Shown here piece after piece: positions 43,586 through 54,917 of a DNA stretch of 64,000 nt. How positions within the stretch are numbered: the first letter of the stretch is position 1; each line of letters starts with the position of its first letter. A model generated the notes under the pieces. That model was not told where the DNA came from and did no database searches. It was given only the letters and a program-made list of their open reading frames with translations. Both the position numbers and the translations under genes were made by a program. This DNA is from Proteromonas lacertae (Eukaryota), in the NCBI GenBank assembly GCA_002245135.1, contig NGBS01000023.1, forward strand, positions 1-64,000, in the 5' to 3' direction.

Positions 43586-44285
43586 CATTACATAATCATC
43601 AAATTCCTGTTTTGGAGTAATATCGTAATCTAATTCATTTCCTAATTCCAATCCATATATTAAACCATTTTCATAATAACGTTTTTCTTTAATAAATTTC
43701 AACAATTGGAATGAGTTTTTATAGTCCCATTTTGCTCTTTTGTCCTGATATCTTCCGCCCATTCCATTGATTCCGTATATCAATTGTATTCCAGTTTCAT
43801 TGCAGAATTGAACAATCTCATCAAATCTTTTGGGTGTCATACACAAAATACCAGGACAATAATATGGATTTCCTTTATAGCTACAATATAAATAATTAAA
43901 CATTTAAACATACTAAGTAACTGGAGGATCTTCAAAATCATATGGTATTGAATCAGCTACAGTTCCACCAATTCTTAAAATAGCTGGTTTTAACACTAAT
44001 AATATAATAAAATTCGATAATACTTTCAACAAGATAAGTCAACCTTGATTCTTTCAAATTGAGTGTAATTACACTGCAATTAATCCATGCATTGGATTGT
44101 AATGAGATATTAGGATACCAATAATCTAAAGTAAACGATGCATAGAAGTCTTCAACAACATTTACTGGTTTTGTGAGATTTAAACCAACGTCAACATTTT
44201 TCTACTCATTCGTATTTTAAAATTATACAGCATCAGCTATAAATATAGCGGTAGCTAATAATAACAGGGTAAGTAAGAATTTCAT
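42562..44285 (-). CDS. Secreted GH79 heparanase/beta-glucuronidase-like glycoside hydrolase, copy A, 7 introns (one AT-AC)
   Basis: Signal peptide MKFLLTLLLLATAIFIADA; PAILRIGGT; LELGNEL (acid/base); IYMGEGAAA (nucleophile); RQAFVGGWYSLL; PNSDYY. Confidence 0.88.
42781..42838 (-). other. U12-type AT-AC intron, 58 nt, in GH79 copy A
   Basis: Reverse complement of 45817-45874: ATATCCTAT...TTTCTTAAT GAAATTTAC. Confidence 0.85.
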
Positions 44286-44302
44286 TATTATAAAAAATCT
44301 TT

Positions 44303-44364
44303 AATTGTGTTTAAAAAATAGTATTCGTTAGTTATATAACGAATATTTTTTCATAAACACAATT
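44303..44364. promoter_or_regulatory. Palindromic putative bidirectional promoter between the two GH79 start codons
   Basis: AATTGTGTTTA...TATTCGTTA/TAACGAATA...TAAACACAATT symmetry inside the 89-nt gap between ATGs at 44285(-) and 44375(+). Confidence 0.6.
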
Positions 44365-44374
44365 TTTTTGGAAC

Positions 44375-46093
44375 ATGAATTTCTCACTCGCGGTATTATT
44401 TTTAGCTGCTGCTGTATTTGTAGCTGCTGCTGTATATTTTATTAAATATTATAAAATAGAAAAATGTTGAAGTTGGTTTAAATCTCACAAAACCAGTAAA
44501 TGTCATTGAAGACTTCTATGCATCTTTTACATTTGACTATTGGTATCCTAATATATCCTATCAATCCAATGCATGGATTAATTCAAGTGTTATAACACTC
44601 AATTTAAAGAATCCAAGGTTAACATATCTTGCTAATAGTATAAAAGCAGTTCATTAATTTAATAGTGTTAAAACCAGCTATTTTGAGAATTGGAGGAACT
44701 GTAGCTGATTCAATACCATATGATTTTGAAGATCCTCCAGTTACCTTAGTATATTTAGATATTTTATAGACATATCATATAGTTTTAGAGGGTTTCCATA
44801 TTATTGTCCTGGTATATTATGTATGACACCCAAAAGATTTGATGAGATTGTTCAATTCTGCAATGAAACTGGAATAAAACTGATATACGGAATCAATGGA
44901 ATGAGTGGTAGATATAACAATACAAAAGCAGCATGGAATTATAAAAATGCATTCCAATTATTGAATTTTATTAAAGAAAAGAATTATGTTGTAATATATG
45001 GATTGGAATTAGGAAATGAATTAGATTATAATATCACTACCAAAACAAGAGGTTGAAGACTTTAAAATATTTAAGAAAGAAATTGAAAGATTATGGCCAA
45101 ATAAAGATGTAAGACCAAAGATAATTGGACCAGATCACACTGCTGTTAAACCAGAATATTTAAATCCATTAATAGAAAATGATTTATTAGATATTATTAA
45201 CTATCATCACTGTATATATAAACATATATTTATTGTTGTTGTTAGATGACACTAATGGTAAAGATGATGATATATTACAAAAAATAATTACTCCATCTTT
45301 TTTAAATAGCCACATTGATGCAGCTAAAAGTATTGTTAATGTATAAATATATACAAGAATCATTTCAATTATGTATAGTTGGTTAAGAAATCAAAGAATC
45401 CAAATATGAAGATATATATGGGTGAGGGAGCAGCTGCTTGTGATAGTGGACATGATAATGTAACTGATAGATTTGTTTCATCATTCTATTATGTTGATGA
45501 TTTAGCAGGTTTAGCTGAAGTTGGTATAAAAGCTCAATTTCGTCAAGCATTTGTAGGTGGTTGGTATTCTTTATTAGAAAGAGATGAAAGTCGTGAACCA
45601 AATAGTGATTATTATGTAATGAAAGTATGGCGAAATATAGTAGGAAATAAAATCTTAAGTGTAAGTAGTTCTAATAAAATGATTCGAATCTATGGTCAAT
45701 GTTCATGTGAATATTCTGGAGGCATAGTAATTGAAGTATTAAATTTGTTAAAAGAATCTGTAAACATAACAAGTAAAGATATAGAATTTGAAAATGTTGA
45801 AAGAAAAGAATATAGAATATCCTATTTAATTAAATAATAAATCTTAAAATAGAGAATTTCTTAATGAAATTTACTTTACAGCTGATAGTTTAGATGCTAA
45901 AAGAGTATATTTGAATGGAGTGAAGTTACATTTAAACGATAAAGGTGAATTACCTGATTTATCTGGTAAAGAAGGTAAAGGAATAATAACTGTTGATGGA
46001 CATTCAATAGTATATATCTATATAATATTTATATAATAGAATTTCTTTGTACTACCAAATGCGAAAGTTGATATTTGTAGTTTTAACTACTAA
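44375..46093 (+). CDS. GH79 heparanase-like copy B; two single-base insertions (~44744 and ~45039), either errors or a pseudogene
   Basis: Signal peptide MNFSLAVLFLAAAVFVAAA; same intron positions as copy A; stop TAA at 46091-46093. Confidence 0.8.
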
Positions 46094-46141
46094 ATGAAAT
46101 GAAAATTGATATTATTAATATGTTATTTTTAAGATTTTGAA
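45070..46141. repeat. Right arm of the 1072-nt inverted repeat
   Basis: Reverse complement of 42514-43585. Confidence 0.92.
45817..45874 (+). other. U12-type AT-AC intron, 58 nt, in GH79 copy B
   Basis: Donor ATATCCTAT; branch TTTCTTAAT at 45857-45865; acceptor TTAC; splicing gives RKEYR/FTADSLDAKRVYLNG, matching the GH79 C-terminal EEY.LT....L....V.LNG pattern. Confidence 0.85.
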
Positions 46142-46331
46142 GAAATGAAATAATAAAACTTAAAAAATTATATACAACCAATGTTTATACTTTGCATTCC
46201 TTAATAATTCTATTTTTAATAATGCAGTAGTAATTTATTCATTTTACATAAAATCAAAATAATATTCGTTTCTTTTATTAAAACGAATATTTTTTTAGAA
46301 TCAAATTTTATTCTTTTTTATATTCATTGAA

Positions 46332-47077
46332 ATGAGCGGATTTGGAACAGCACCTTTACCACCAGAATATGCGTATTGATTGAAAAATATGATATGTATA
46401 GAGATAAATTCAAAGCAAACATGGAATGGTTTAAAAAAGCATGTGATCCAAAAGGACCATTTGGATGGGTATCAGGAGGTAATAATGAAGGTGTAGATTG
46501 CTATTCTGCAACAGTAGATAACAATATGTGTTTTATGGGTAAAATGAAGTTCCCTTATCCAAGTTATGTATTGTTTGATTTAATAAGAAGTAACGATGCA
46601 ATAAAGAAGTATGATGAAATGCTTGAAAAAGCTGAAATGGTGAAACAAGTTGATGCTCAATGTTCTATTGCTCATAGAGTGTATTCAGACCAATTTCCAG
46701 CCTGGGGTAGAGATTTTGTTACTATTTCTCATTGGGAAGTACATCCAGATGGAGTTATTGAATTTGATTCTTTTACTGAGAAGCCAGAAGATTCATTGAA
46801 AATGGTTCCTGAAGTGAATCATAAAGTTAGAGGTGTAATTAATCATGCTGGATATTTAATTGAACCAGAAACTGAAGAATCTTGTAATGTTACTTATGCA
46901 GTTCAAATGGATATATGTGGATCTGTTCCTGGCTTTATTGCTAATCGTGTACTCTCTAAACAACCACTATGTTTAGCTGTAATGAAGAAGTTTTTAGCAA
47001 AATGTGATTTAAGTGGTATTTGTAAAGATCCTGTAAAGAATATATCTGAAGGTGAAAGAGCATATTTTGATTTTTAA
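46332..47077 (+). CDS. START-domain lipid-binding protein, 1 intron (46373-46401)
   Basis: KKYDEMLEK; FPAWGRDFV; VPEVNHKVRG...AGYLIEP; CNVTYAVQMDICGSVPGFIAN. Confidence 0.85.
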
Positions 47078-47220
47078 ATCAGAATCAATAGAATAATGAT
47101 ATAAGTATTGTATAGTTTTTTGTAAGAATTGGTTAAAATTGTGGTGCGAAAATTTTCATATTATTCTTTTCTCACATCACCATCACTTCAGATTATATTT
47201 TTTTGTCTCTTTTTACATCA

Positions 47221-50200
47221 ATGTCTGATAAAAACGTTGATACACTTTTGGACGATGTATATTTTATAAGTTATTGCTTTTATTTGATTTATAGATCCGA
47301 AACAAGCCACTTGATGACAGAATAATGGCTTATTTAGACTTAGGTAACTTGGTAAAAGCAAATACTGAATCAGTTATGAAAAGAATTGAGGATATATGTG
47401 ATTGTATCGTTCACACTCTTACAAAGAAAGATGAAGGCACAGAAACAATAGAGGTTGCAATGAAATGTATGGAAGCTTGTATAAATAAAGCTGGAGGAGA
47501 TCAGTTGAAGCATCTTACTGAAGCACTAGTTCAGAAGCTAATCGAAGAGAAAAAAAATTGTGACAGTTTTATGATGGGTTTAAAATCTATCATTACAAAT
47601 GCTAATAAGGAGTTTGTTCCAATGATAGCAGATTTGTCAATAAACCAATTAGTTGATGCTTTAGCTAATACTTCAATCTCAGATGATGTAGTATATGGAA
47701 TATTATTTGTCTTATCAAACGACTTCAATGTAGCAGGTAAAACAATTATTGTAAGAAAAGATGCAAGTCAAGCTAAAGATGTAGATGAAATGTTAAAGAA
47801 GTTGATTTCAAGAGCTTTAGAGTTAGTTTATCATCCTGCAAGTCGTATCGGTAACGAATCTATTGATTTATTGAAGGTTTTAACTCCTCATATTTCATCC
47901 AAAATCTTAGCAACAATTGTTCCAACATTATTAACTTCAATGGCTGATAAGAGTAAGTGTTATCGTTCTATCTGTTGCTTGAGTAGTATATTGACCAGTA
48001 CAGCTAGTAGATTAGTGAAATATCATAAAGAAATAATGGAGAAATTAAAGGCAGTGAAGAATGAACAACAATTGTCATCAGCTGATCAAGAACCTTGTGA
48101 AATTATTGAAAGAATTCAATTTTGTTACAGCAGTCTAGTATCCACAGGAAGAGATGAAATACGTATATATATTGAACCAATGTTGGAGGAAATAACTCAA
48201 GATATGGTGTTTGATCCAAATTACAATTACGATTGCGCTGTAGCAACACCAAGTGGAAATGCAATGGAAGAAGATAATAATGATAATGATGATGATGAGA
48301 ATGAATATGAAGATGATGGATTTGAATATGAAGATGAGCCTGAAGATGATGATGATTATGGTTGGAAAATCAGAAGAGGATCTGTTCAATTATTAAACAG
48401 TATAGTGAATAGTAAAATGATTCCATTATCAAAGGTTTATGCATTATGTTCAGAAACTTTGTTTTTATGTTTTAGAGAGCATGATGAATTAACAAGATTG
48501 GAAGTAATCAAATCAGCAATGAATTTATTAAATAAAATGATATTTAAATCTGATAAGAGTGAAATTGTTGCTGAAAATCCATCTTCATTCCCATTAAGAG
48601 GAAGAACTCAATCATTCAGAGTTCCATTGAAAGATGACGCACCTGCATTAAGTGAGAAAATATATGAATTATTAACAAGTGGATTATCAATGCCAATTAG
48701 AAGCCAATTATTTGCATTTTTATCAACTTTCTTTAAATCATGTGCTTCACTAGGAATGAGTGTAGAAAAACAGATTAATAAAGTATCTGAATTGATACAA
48801 ATACATATTAAAAACTTTAAAGATTTTCCAGATGATGGTAAATTTAATATTTTGGATAGTTTATTATCATTTGTATTATTCTTCAGAGATAATGAAATCA
48901 CTACTCATTTAGAATCAATCTTATTAATAGTTGGAGATTTATCTAAATATAATTTTAATAATAAATTATTATCTACTTATTTATCAATAATAAATACTTT
49001 AATCATTAAATGTTCAGATAATGAAACGAATTATAAAGTGTTTAGTAATAGTCATAAAGATATATATAATTACTTATGGAATTTATTAAACAGTAAAGAA
49101 AGTGAACAACAGATTAAAGATTCATGTTGTGATATTATTGGCTTATTAATTAGATATTTTGGTTTTCCAAAAGATATTAAAAGCGATGATTTTTATAAAT
49201 ACATCAGTTCTAAAGTGGTAATTGATAATTCAAGATATCATGCAATCTTATGTATTATTCAAATAGTACAAACTAAAGTGAAAATTGATTTAAAATACTT
49301 TGCTAAAGATGATTTATTGATTGAATTAACTAAATATATGAACCATCATAGTAGAGATATTCAAAAAGCATCAATTAGCTGTTATAAGTTATTATTAACT
49401 AATTTGAAATTAGCTATAAAACCTGAAGTTTTACAACATTTATTAGATCAAATTAACACATTATATCATGCTGGAAAACAATATTATGTTATTGTAGTCG
49501 ATATGTTGGATATATTATCAATAATTGTAACAACCAATGTCAAAGTCGATAAGAATGGTTTAAAGGACATGGTATTCCATATGATGAAATATACTCAATT
49601 ATCTGATGATCATTTGAATATTATAGCTAACTTTATTATCGTATTATCTGATAATACTTTACCATTAGCATCCATATTAGATGATTATTTCAAATTATAT
49701 AAGAATGATAATGAAATACAAAATAATAATACAAATCTAGCTAAAGTCTGTGCTTCTATTATCACTCATATAGTTAAAAACTCTAAAGAGAATCCAATTG
49801 AGAAATTATATCAATACAAACAGAATAATACTAATGATGTTATAATTCCATTATACTTTAAAGTAATTGGCCAATTTGGTTATAATAATAAAATACTGAA
49901 TTATTTACCATCCTTTGATAAAGATATTCCTACATTAATGACTGCTTATACTGATCCAGTTATTATCTCATCTTTATCTTATTGTTTTGCTTTATCTACA
50001 TTAGGAAGTATGAATGAGTTATTTCCATTATTGTTGAAGTATTGTGTAGAAATTAATACATTCCATTATTATTCATCTTTATATACCTTAGTACAAACTA
50101 TTAGAAGTAAAAATATATCCGTTTCAGTTGATAATATTAAAGAGATTGTGAAGTTATTGAATAGTAAATTGGATTCTGATAATAATAGTATTAGAAATTT

Positions 50201-51049
50201 TGTATATATTATTATTATATTATCATATTATATGAATAGATAATATCAACCTATTCAAATATAGTATTAATCAATCCAAGAACATTAGCAGAATTAACTA
50301 ACTTATTAAATGGTAAAAACAATCTCCAAATAACCTCCATACTTACTATAATAAGTGGTAGTGTAAATGAATCAACAGCTGATTATATTGTATCACATTT
50401 CAAGAGTATTGTTGAGTTAATAAAGAATGATGATATTAATATAAAGAGAGAATCTTTATCTGTTATATTATCATTATTAAAATACAGTCCTATTTTATTG
50501 AGAGACTTGTTAATTGAGAATAATGTGTTGGACATATTGTACGAATTAATAAAGAAGAATAACGCTTTTGTTACTTCTGTACAAATTGGACCTGTACAAA
50601 ATATATCCTTTTTTTTTTATTTTATAATCATTTTTTTTGTATTTTATTATTTTTCTTTAATTTCTCTCTTTGTGTAAGAAGAAGATAATGGTATACCTTT
50701 AAGAAGAATCACATATACCATATTAAAGATATTAATTGACGTATATCCACAATTAATCGACATTAATAAGATATGTGATGAATTAATAAATGGGTGCAAT
50801 GATACAGCAGAAATTGAGAATTTATCATCCCATATATTGAGTAAAGTCATACAATTATCACCATCTTGGGCTGAAGAGAGATCTGCTAAGATAATCGGTT
50901 TGCTTGAGAAGAGAGTGTTGAATAGTAAGAAGAATCCACCATCTGAAGAAGCATTGACTAATTATAAGAAGGTTTGCAGTCATGTAAAATACACATTAGC
51001 TTATGCCAGTAATTTCAGATTTAAGAAAGTTGCGTCATCGTTGCCATAA
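47221..51049 (+). CDS. CAND1: Cullin-associated NEDD8-dissociated protein 1 (CAND1/TIP120), HEAT repeats, 3 introns (one AT-AA)
   Basis: N-terminal LLDDIRNKPLDDRIMAYLDL; FDPNYNYD + acidic tract + WKIRRGS; FREHDELTRLEV; VQIGPVQNEEDNGIPLRR (compare VEMGPFKHTVDDGLDIRK). Confidence 0.87.
50603..50677 (+). other. U12-type (minor) intron, AT-AA termini, 75 nt
   Basis: Canonical donor ATATCCTTT; branch TTCTTTAAT at 50653-50661; ends GTGTAA, an in-frame stop if unspliced; removal restores the CAND1 hairpin motif without a gap. Confidence 0.82.
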
Positions 51050-51215
51050 ATATTATTATTTTTTGCTATAATATATTGCTTTTATTCAATTTAATGTTGT
51101 TTTATGAAAATACCAAAAAAATAGTCGGTTATATACTGTCAAGCTTCTTCTATCGAGCCTTCTATATTATTTTTAAGTTGGATATCTGAGCATAGTATAC
51201 TCCTAAAGCACAGTG

Positions 51216-51674
51216 ATGATGAGCAAGAAAAAAATGATTGCTCACAGTTATAAGCAATTCACTAAGGAACAGTGGTTATTTCTTTTTCGAAGAGTTGAAG
51301 AGGTTAATAACATTACAAGAGTGGCAAACGATATAGGTATAAGGAGGCAAGTGTTATCAGAAAAATATAACCAATGGAAGAAGTATGGCGACCAATTTCT
51401 AGCTAATGAGAAAACCGAAAGAATATTTACCAATAATGAGGAATATATACTATTTTGTAGGATACTAGATTATAAAAATGAAATTGGAAGTGTCTTGAGA
51501 TTATCAAATTCTGTAATTGAAAGAATAGTGATGAAATATTATAACGAATTGACAGCTGTACACAGAATGAAGAAGTTTAAAGTGACAAAAGAATGGATCT
51601 CTGACTTTTGTGCTAGATATGGGATTAGAATAACTCCTACAAGGAGTTACTATTTACAGTGGGAAATACTGTGA
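51216..51674 (+). CDS. CENP-B/pogo(Tc5)-type double helix-turn-helix DNA-binding protein without a DDE domain
   Basis: KQFTKEQ...ITRVANDIGIRRQVL (first HTH); RIFTNNEEYIL...LSNSVIERIV...FKVTKEWISDFCARYGI (CENP-B-type second HTH). Confidence 0.65.
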   Translation: MMSKKKMIAHSYKQFTKEQWLFLFRRVEEVNNITRVANDIGIRRQVLSEKYNQWKKYGDQFLANEKTERIFTNNEEYILFCRILDYKNEIGSVLRLSNSVIERIVMKYYNELTAVHRMKKFKVTKEWISDFCARYGIRITPTRSYYLQWEIL

Positions 51675-51797
51675 GTGAATTATTCATTTAGTATGTGCAT
51701 GTATTATGTATTTAATAACACTTTACTTGATATTATTTTTTCATTTTTCACAAATTATTTCCATAACATACGAAAAATGTTATTTATTAAATAATCA

Positions 51798-52851
51798 TTA
51801 TTTAAATGCACATTTAACAGGAGAATATTTAGGTAATATTTCCCCATCTTCATTAATTTCATAGAATTGACTTGATCTTCTATGGCTTGTCATTGGTTTT
51901 ATAATAACAGATCTCTTCTTTCTCAATGAAAGATTCTTATGAGATAATGGTGAAGTAATTATTGGTGGAATAGGAGTATAATATGATGGAGTTTCTGGCT
52001 TTTCTTTTACATCTTTTTTCTTTTCTGTTTTTATAGCAGGTAAAGTCATGACTAATCGGTTAATTCTTTCTTGCTCATTTCTTATATCATATGAACTGAT
52101 TCTTCTATTGTTAATTTTATTATCACCACAGCTAATTTTACTTCTTCTATGTTGATATACTCCTATATTATTATTATGTTTTGATTTATTTACTTTTTCA
52201 TTTACTGTATGAAGTTCTCTCATTGCTTTTTTCATCTTTTTCCATATATCCATATTGTTTGATTCTTTACCTTCATTTACTGTATTCATTCCTACATAAT
52301 AAACGGGTAATTCGAATAATTGCTTGTATATATCAACACTCTTTTGACTATTATCAGTTGTTGAAAGAGACATTTTTAACTATGAATAAAAGTGTTTATA
52401 TACATTATATCTTCTTAAACTATTCACAAATTCAATTAATTCATTTATATTATTGACTGATTCAACATCACCATACAGTCTATGCTTATCTATATAGATA
52501 AATTACATCAACAAAAAATACATTTGTTTGAAGACACTAAACCTTTGAATTCTTCAAAGGATAAAGAATTTTTAGGATGTTCACCTACAAAGCCAAAGTA
52601 TTTTGGAAGTCTTGAACCTTCTGGTCGAATGTTCAGATTTTTCATCATTTTCAACAACTCATTGTACTCAATAGTGTCTGTATATATATATTATACATTA
52701 CTAAGTAAAATATACTGGAATGATCTTCGTCTAATTGATCAAATAATTCTTTAATAGCCATATCATCTTCCTCATCGTAATTTTTATCTTTCCAGAGTGA
52801 TTTATTGTGTTTTAAAGCCCATTCCTGGCTGAAATAAAAATCATAAGACAT
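51798..52851 (-). CDS. EF-hand protein with a basic, disordered C-terminus, 3 introns
   Basis: Spliced IKELFDQLDEDHSNTIEYNELLKMM is a canonical EF-hand; second degenerate hand LSFEEFKGLV; the frame joins ORF 51798-52373. Confidence 0.75.
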
Positions 52852-53058
52852 TCCAATAAAATAGTCGTTTCATTAATTTATAACTGTTTAAATAATGAAT
52901 CTAATCAAGAGATTATGAAGTAGATAAAGAATCATGAACATTACAAAACAAATTCAACCATTTTTTCATATATATGCTTCTGATTGATAAAAAGAAAAAA
53001 ATGAAACGGCTTTTTTATGTTCACGATCTGATTTGATCGGAATAGAAATTTTGATCAA

Positions 53059-54884
53059 ATGTCTTCACACAACACCTTTAGTTCTGAAACGTCTGAATCA
53101 GATGATGATTTGAGTGATCTAATTATACCAGATGGTAAATTACAGTTTTCAATACCACATAAATCCACACCAACTACAAAACGCAAAAAAGAAGAAGCAG
53201 CTTCGATAAAAATACTTGCTGAAAATGCTTTAAATGGTTTGGAAACGGTTGATATCATATTAGCAGTATAATAGTTTATGCTATAGTTTTAGTCTAAATA
53301 CATGAGTCATTTTTCTGCGCTAGATACATCTATATTAGGTGAATATGAAGTTACGTATAAAGAAATACTTGAGACGAAATTACTTAGAGAGTCGGTATAA
53401 ATAGTGAATATATAGAAAATTAGGGAAAATTAACTCAAGCAAAAATAAAACAAGCACAAATCTGCAGGCCTCTACAAGAAATAATAGTTTCTAAATTAGG
53501 TTCTTCTAATTTTGATGAAAATGAAAGTTTTCTAGCATTATATACATTATCATATTGTATGTATGAATTAGGCCTAACATATGTGGAATTGAAATCACAA
53601 GATCAAGGATTAGCCATACTAAACCAATCAATACAATATTTAAATCTATGTAAGACAAATGCAACAATTTCACAATTACTACCATCATTAGAAAGTAAAA
53701 TTATATACAGTGTATTAATATATTGTAATAATAATAATTATTATTATAGATTGCTGAAAATAGTACAACAGATTCAAGCGAACAGTGTATTGAATATATA
53801 AACTATTTAATTTCACAAACACAAGTTCCAATTCCTTCTCCTGAAAAAAACTGGAATCACTTTGCATATGCATGTTATAATATATCAAATTATTTATTCC
53901 ATAATTATAAGAGTAAACAGATCAATAAAGCAGCCTTAGAATATGCATATCGAAGTGAAGCATCATTTTCATTACTTCAAATCATCAATAAGAATGTAAT
54001 TAATTTAATAGAAAGTATTAAGAATAGACATTCAAGTGAAGATGAATGGGATACATTTAGTCAAACAGTATATATTTTATATTATATTATATTTTATATT
54101 ATTAATAGAGTTTACTGGAAAGTAGCAATCAAATATCATTAGATTATGATATGAATGAAGATCTTTTAGAAGTGTCAAAAACTAACACATTTTTTAAACT
54201 TACATCGTCCAATAATTTAAATGTATTTCTATTATATATTTACATTTTAGAAATTATATAAGTGTCCAACAATCACATCAGGACATACATTTCCAAGTAA
54301 AGTTAATATTCCAACAACAATAACAGATATTATTTCACTGAATAGATCAATAATAAATCAACTACAAAGTATCAAAACATATTCATTTGAAGATAATGGA
54401 GATGAAGCATTATTACAGTTACAAAAACTCAATGATAGTAATGAAAAATACACATCAGAATGGAATCAGAATTATAAGAATAACGTTTATTCATTATATG
54501 CAAATAACAGATTTGATGATTGTTTATACTACATATTAAGGTACTTCATCTTATTAGATAAGAACAATAATAATAAACGATTTTCTACACCCTTAAGTAG
54601 TAGTAGTATAGCTGCAGATAGTAATGAAAATACAACAACTACTATTCTTAACAATAACAATATTTTGATAAATAATTATTTCTTATTATTACAGTTATAT
54701 GCAAATATACAAAGAATTGGGAATGAAAAAGATCACATTGGATTTGCTAAGTATTAATTATTACTATTATACTCATTCTATAGATGTTGTCATATAATGG
54801 AGAATATAGTAAAGAATGATATGGAAAGTACAATAAGATTGCAAATATTAATATGTGAATCAAGATTAGATAGTTTACCAGAAG

Positions 54885-54917
<33 letters not shown>

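Noticed and set aside
42514..46141. Palindrome as a pure sequencing hairpin artefact, or a transposon with long TIRs
   Set aside because: The inner halves carry many real substitutions and different introns, and the arms are GH79 coding sequence with no transposase.
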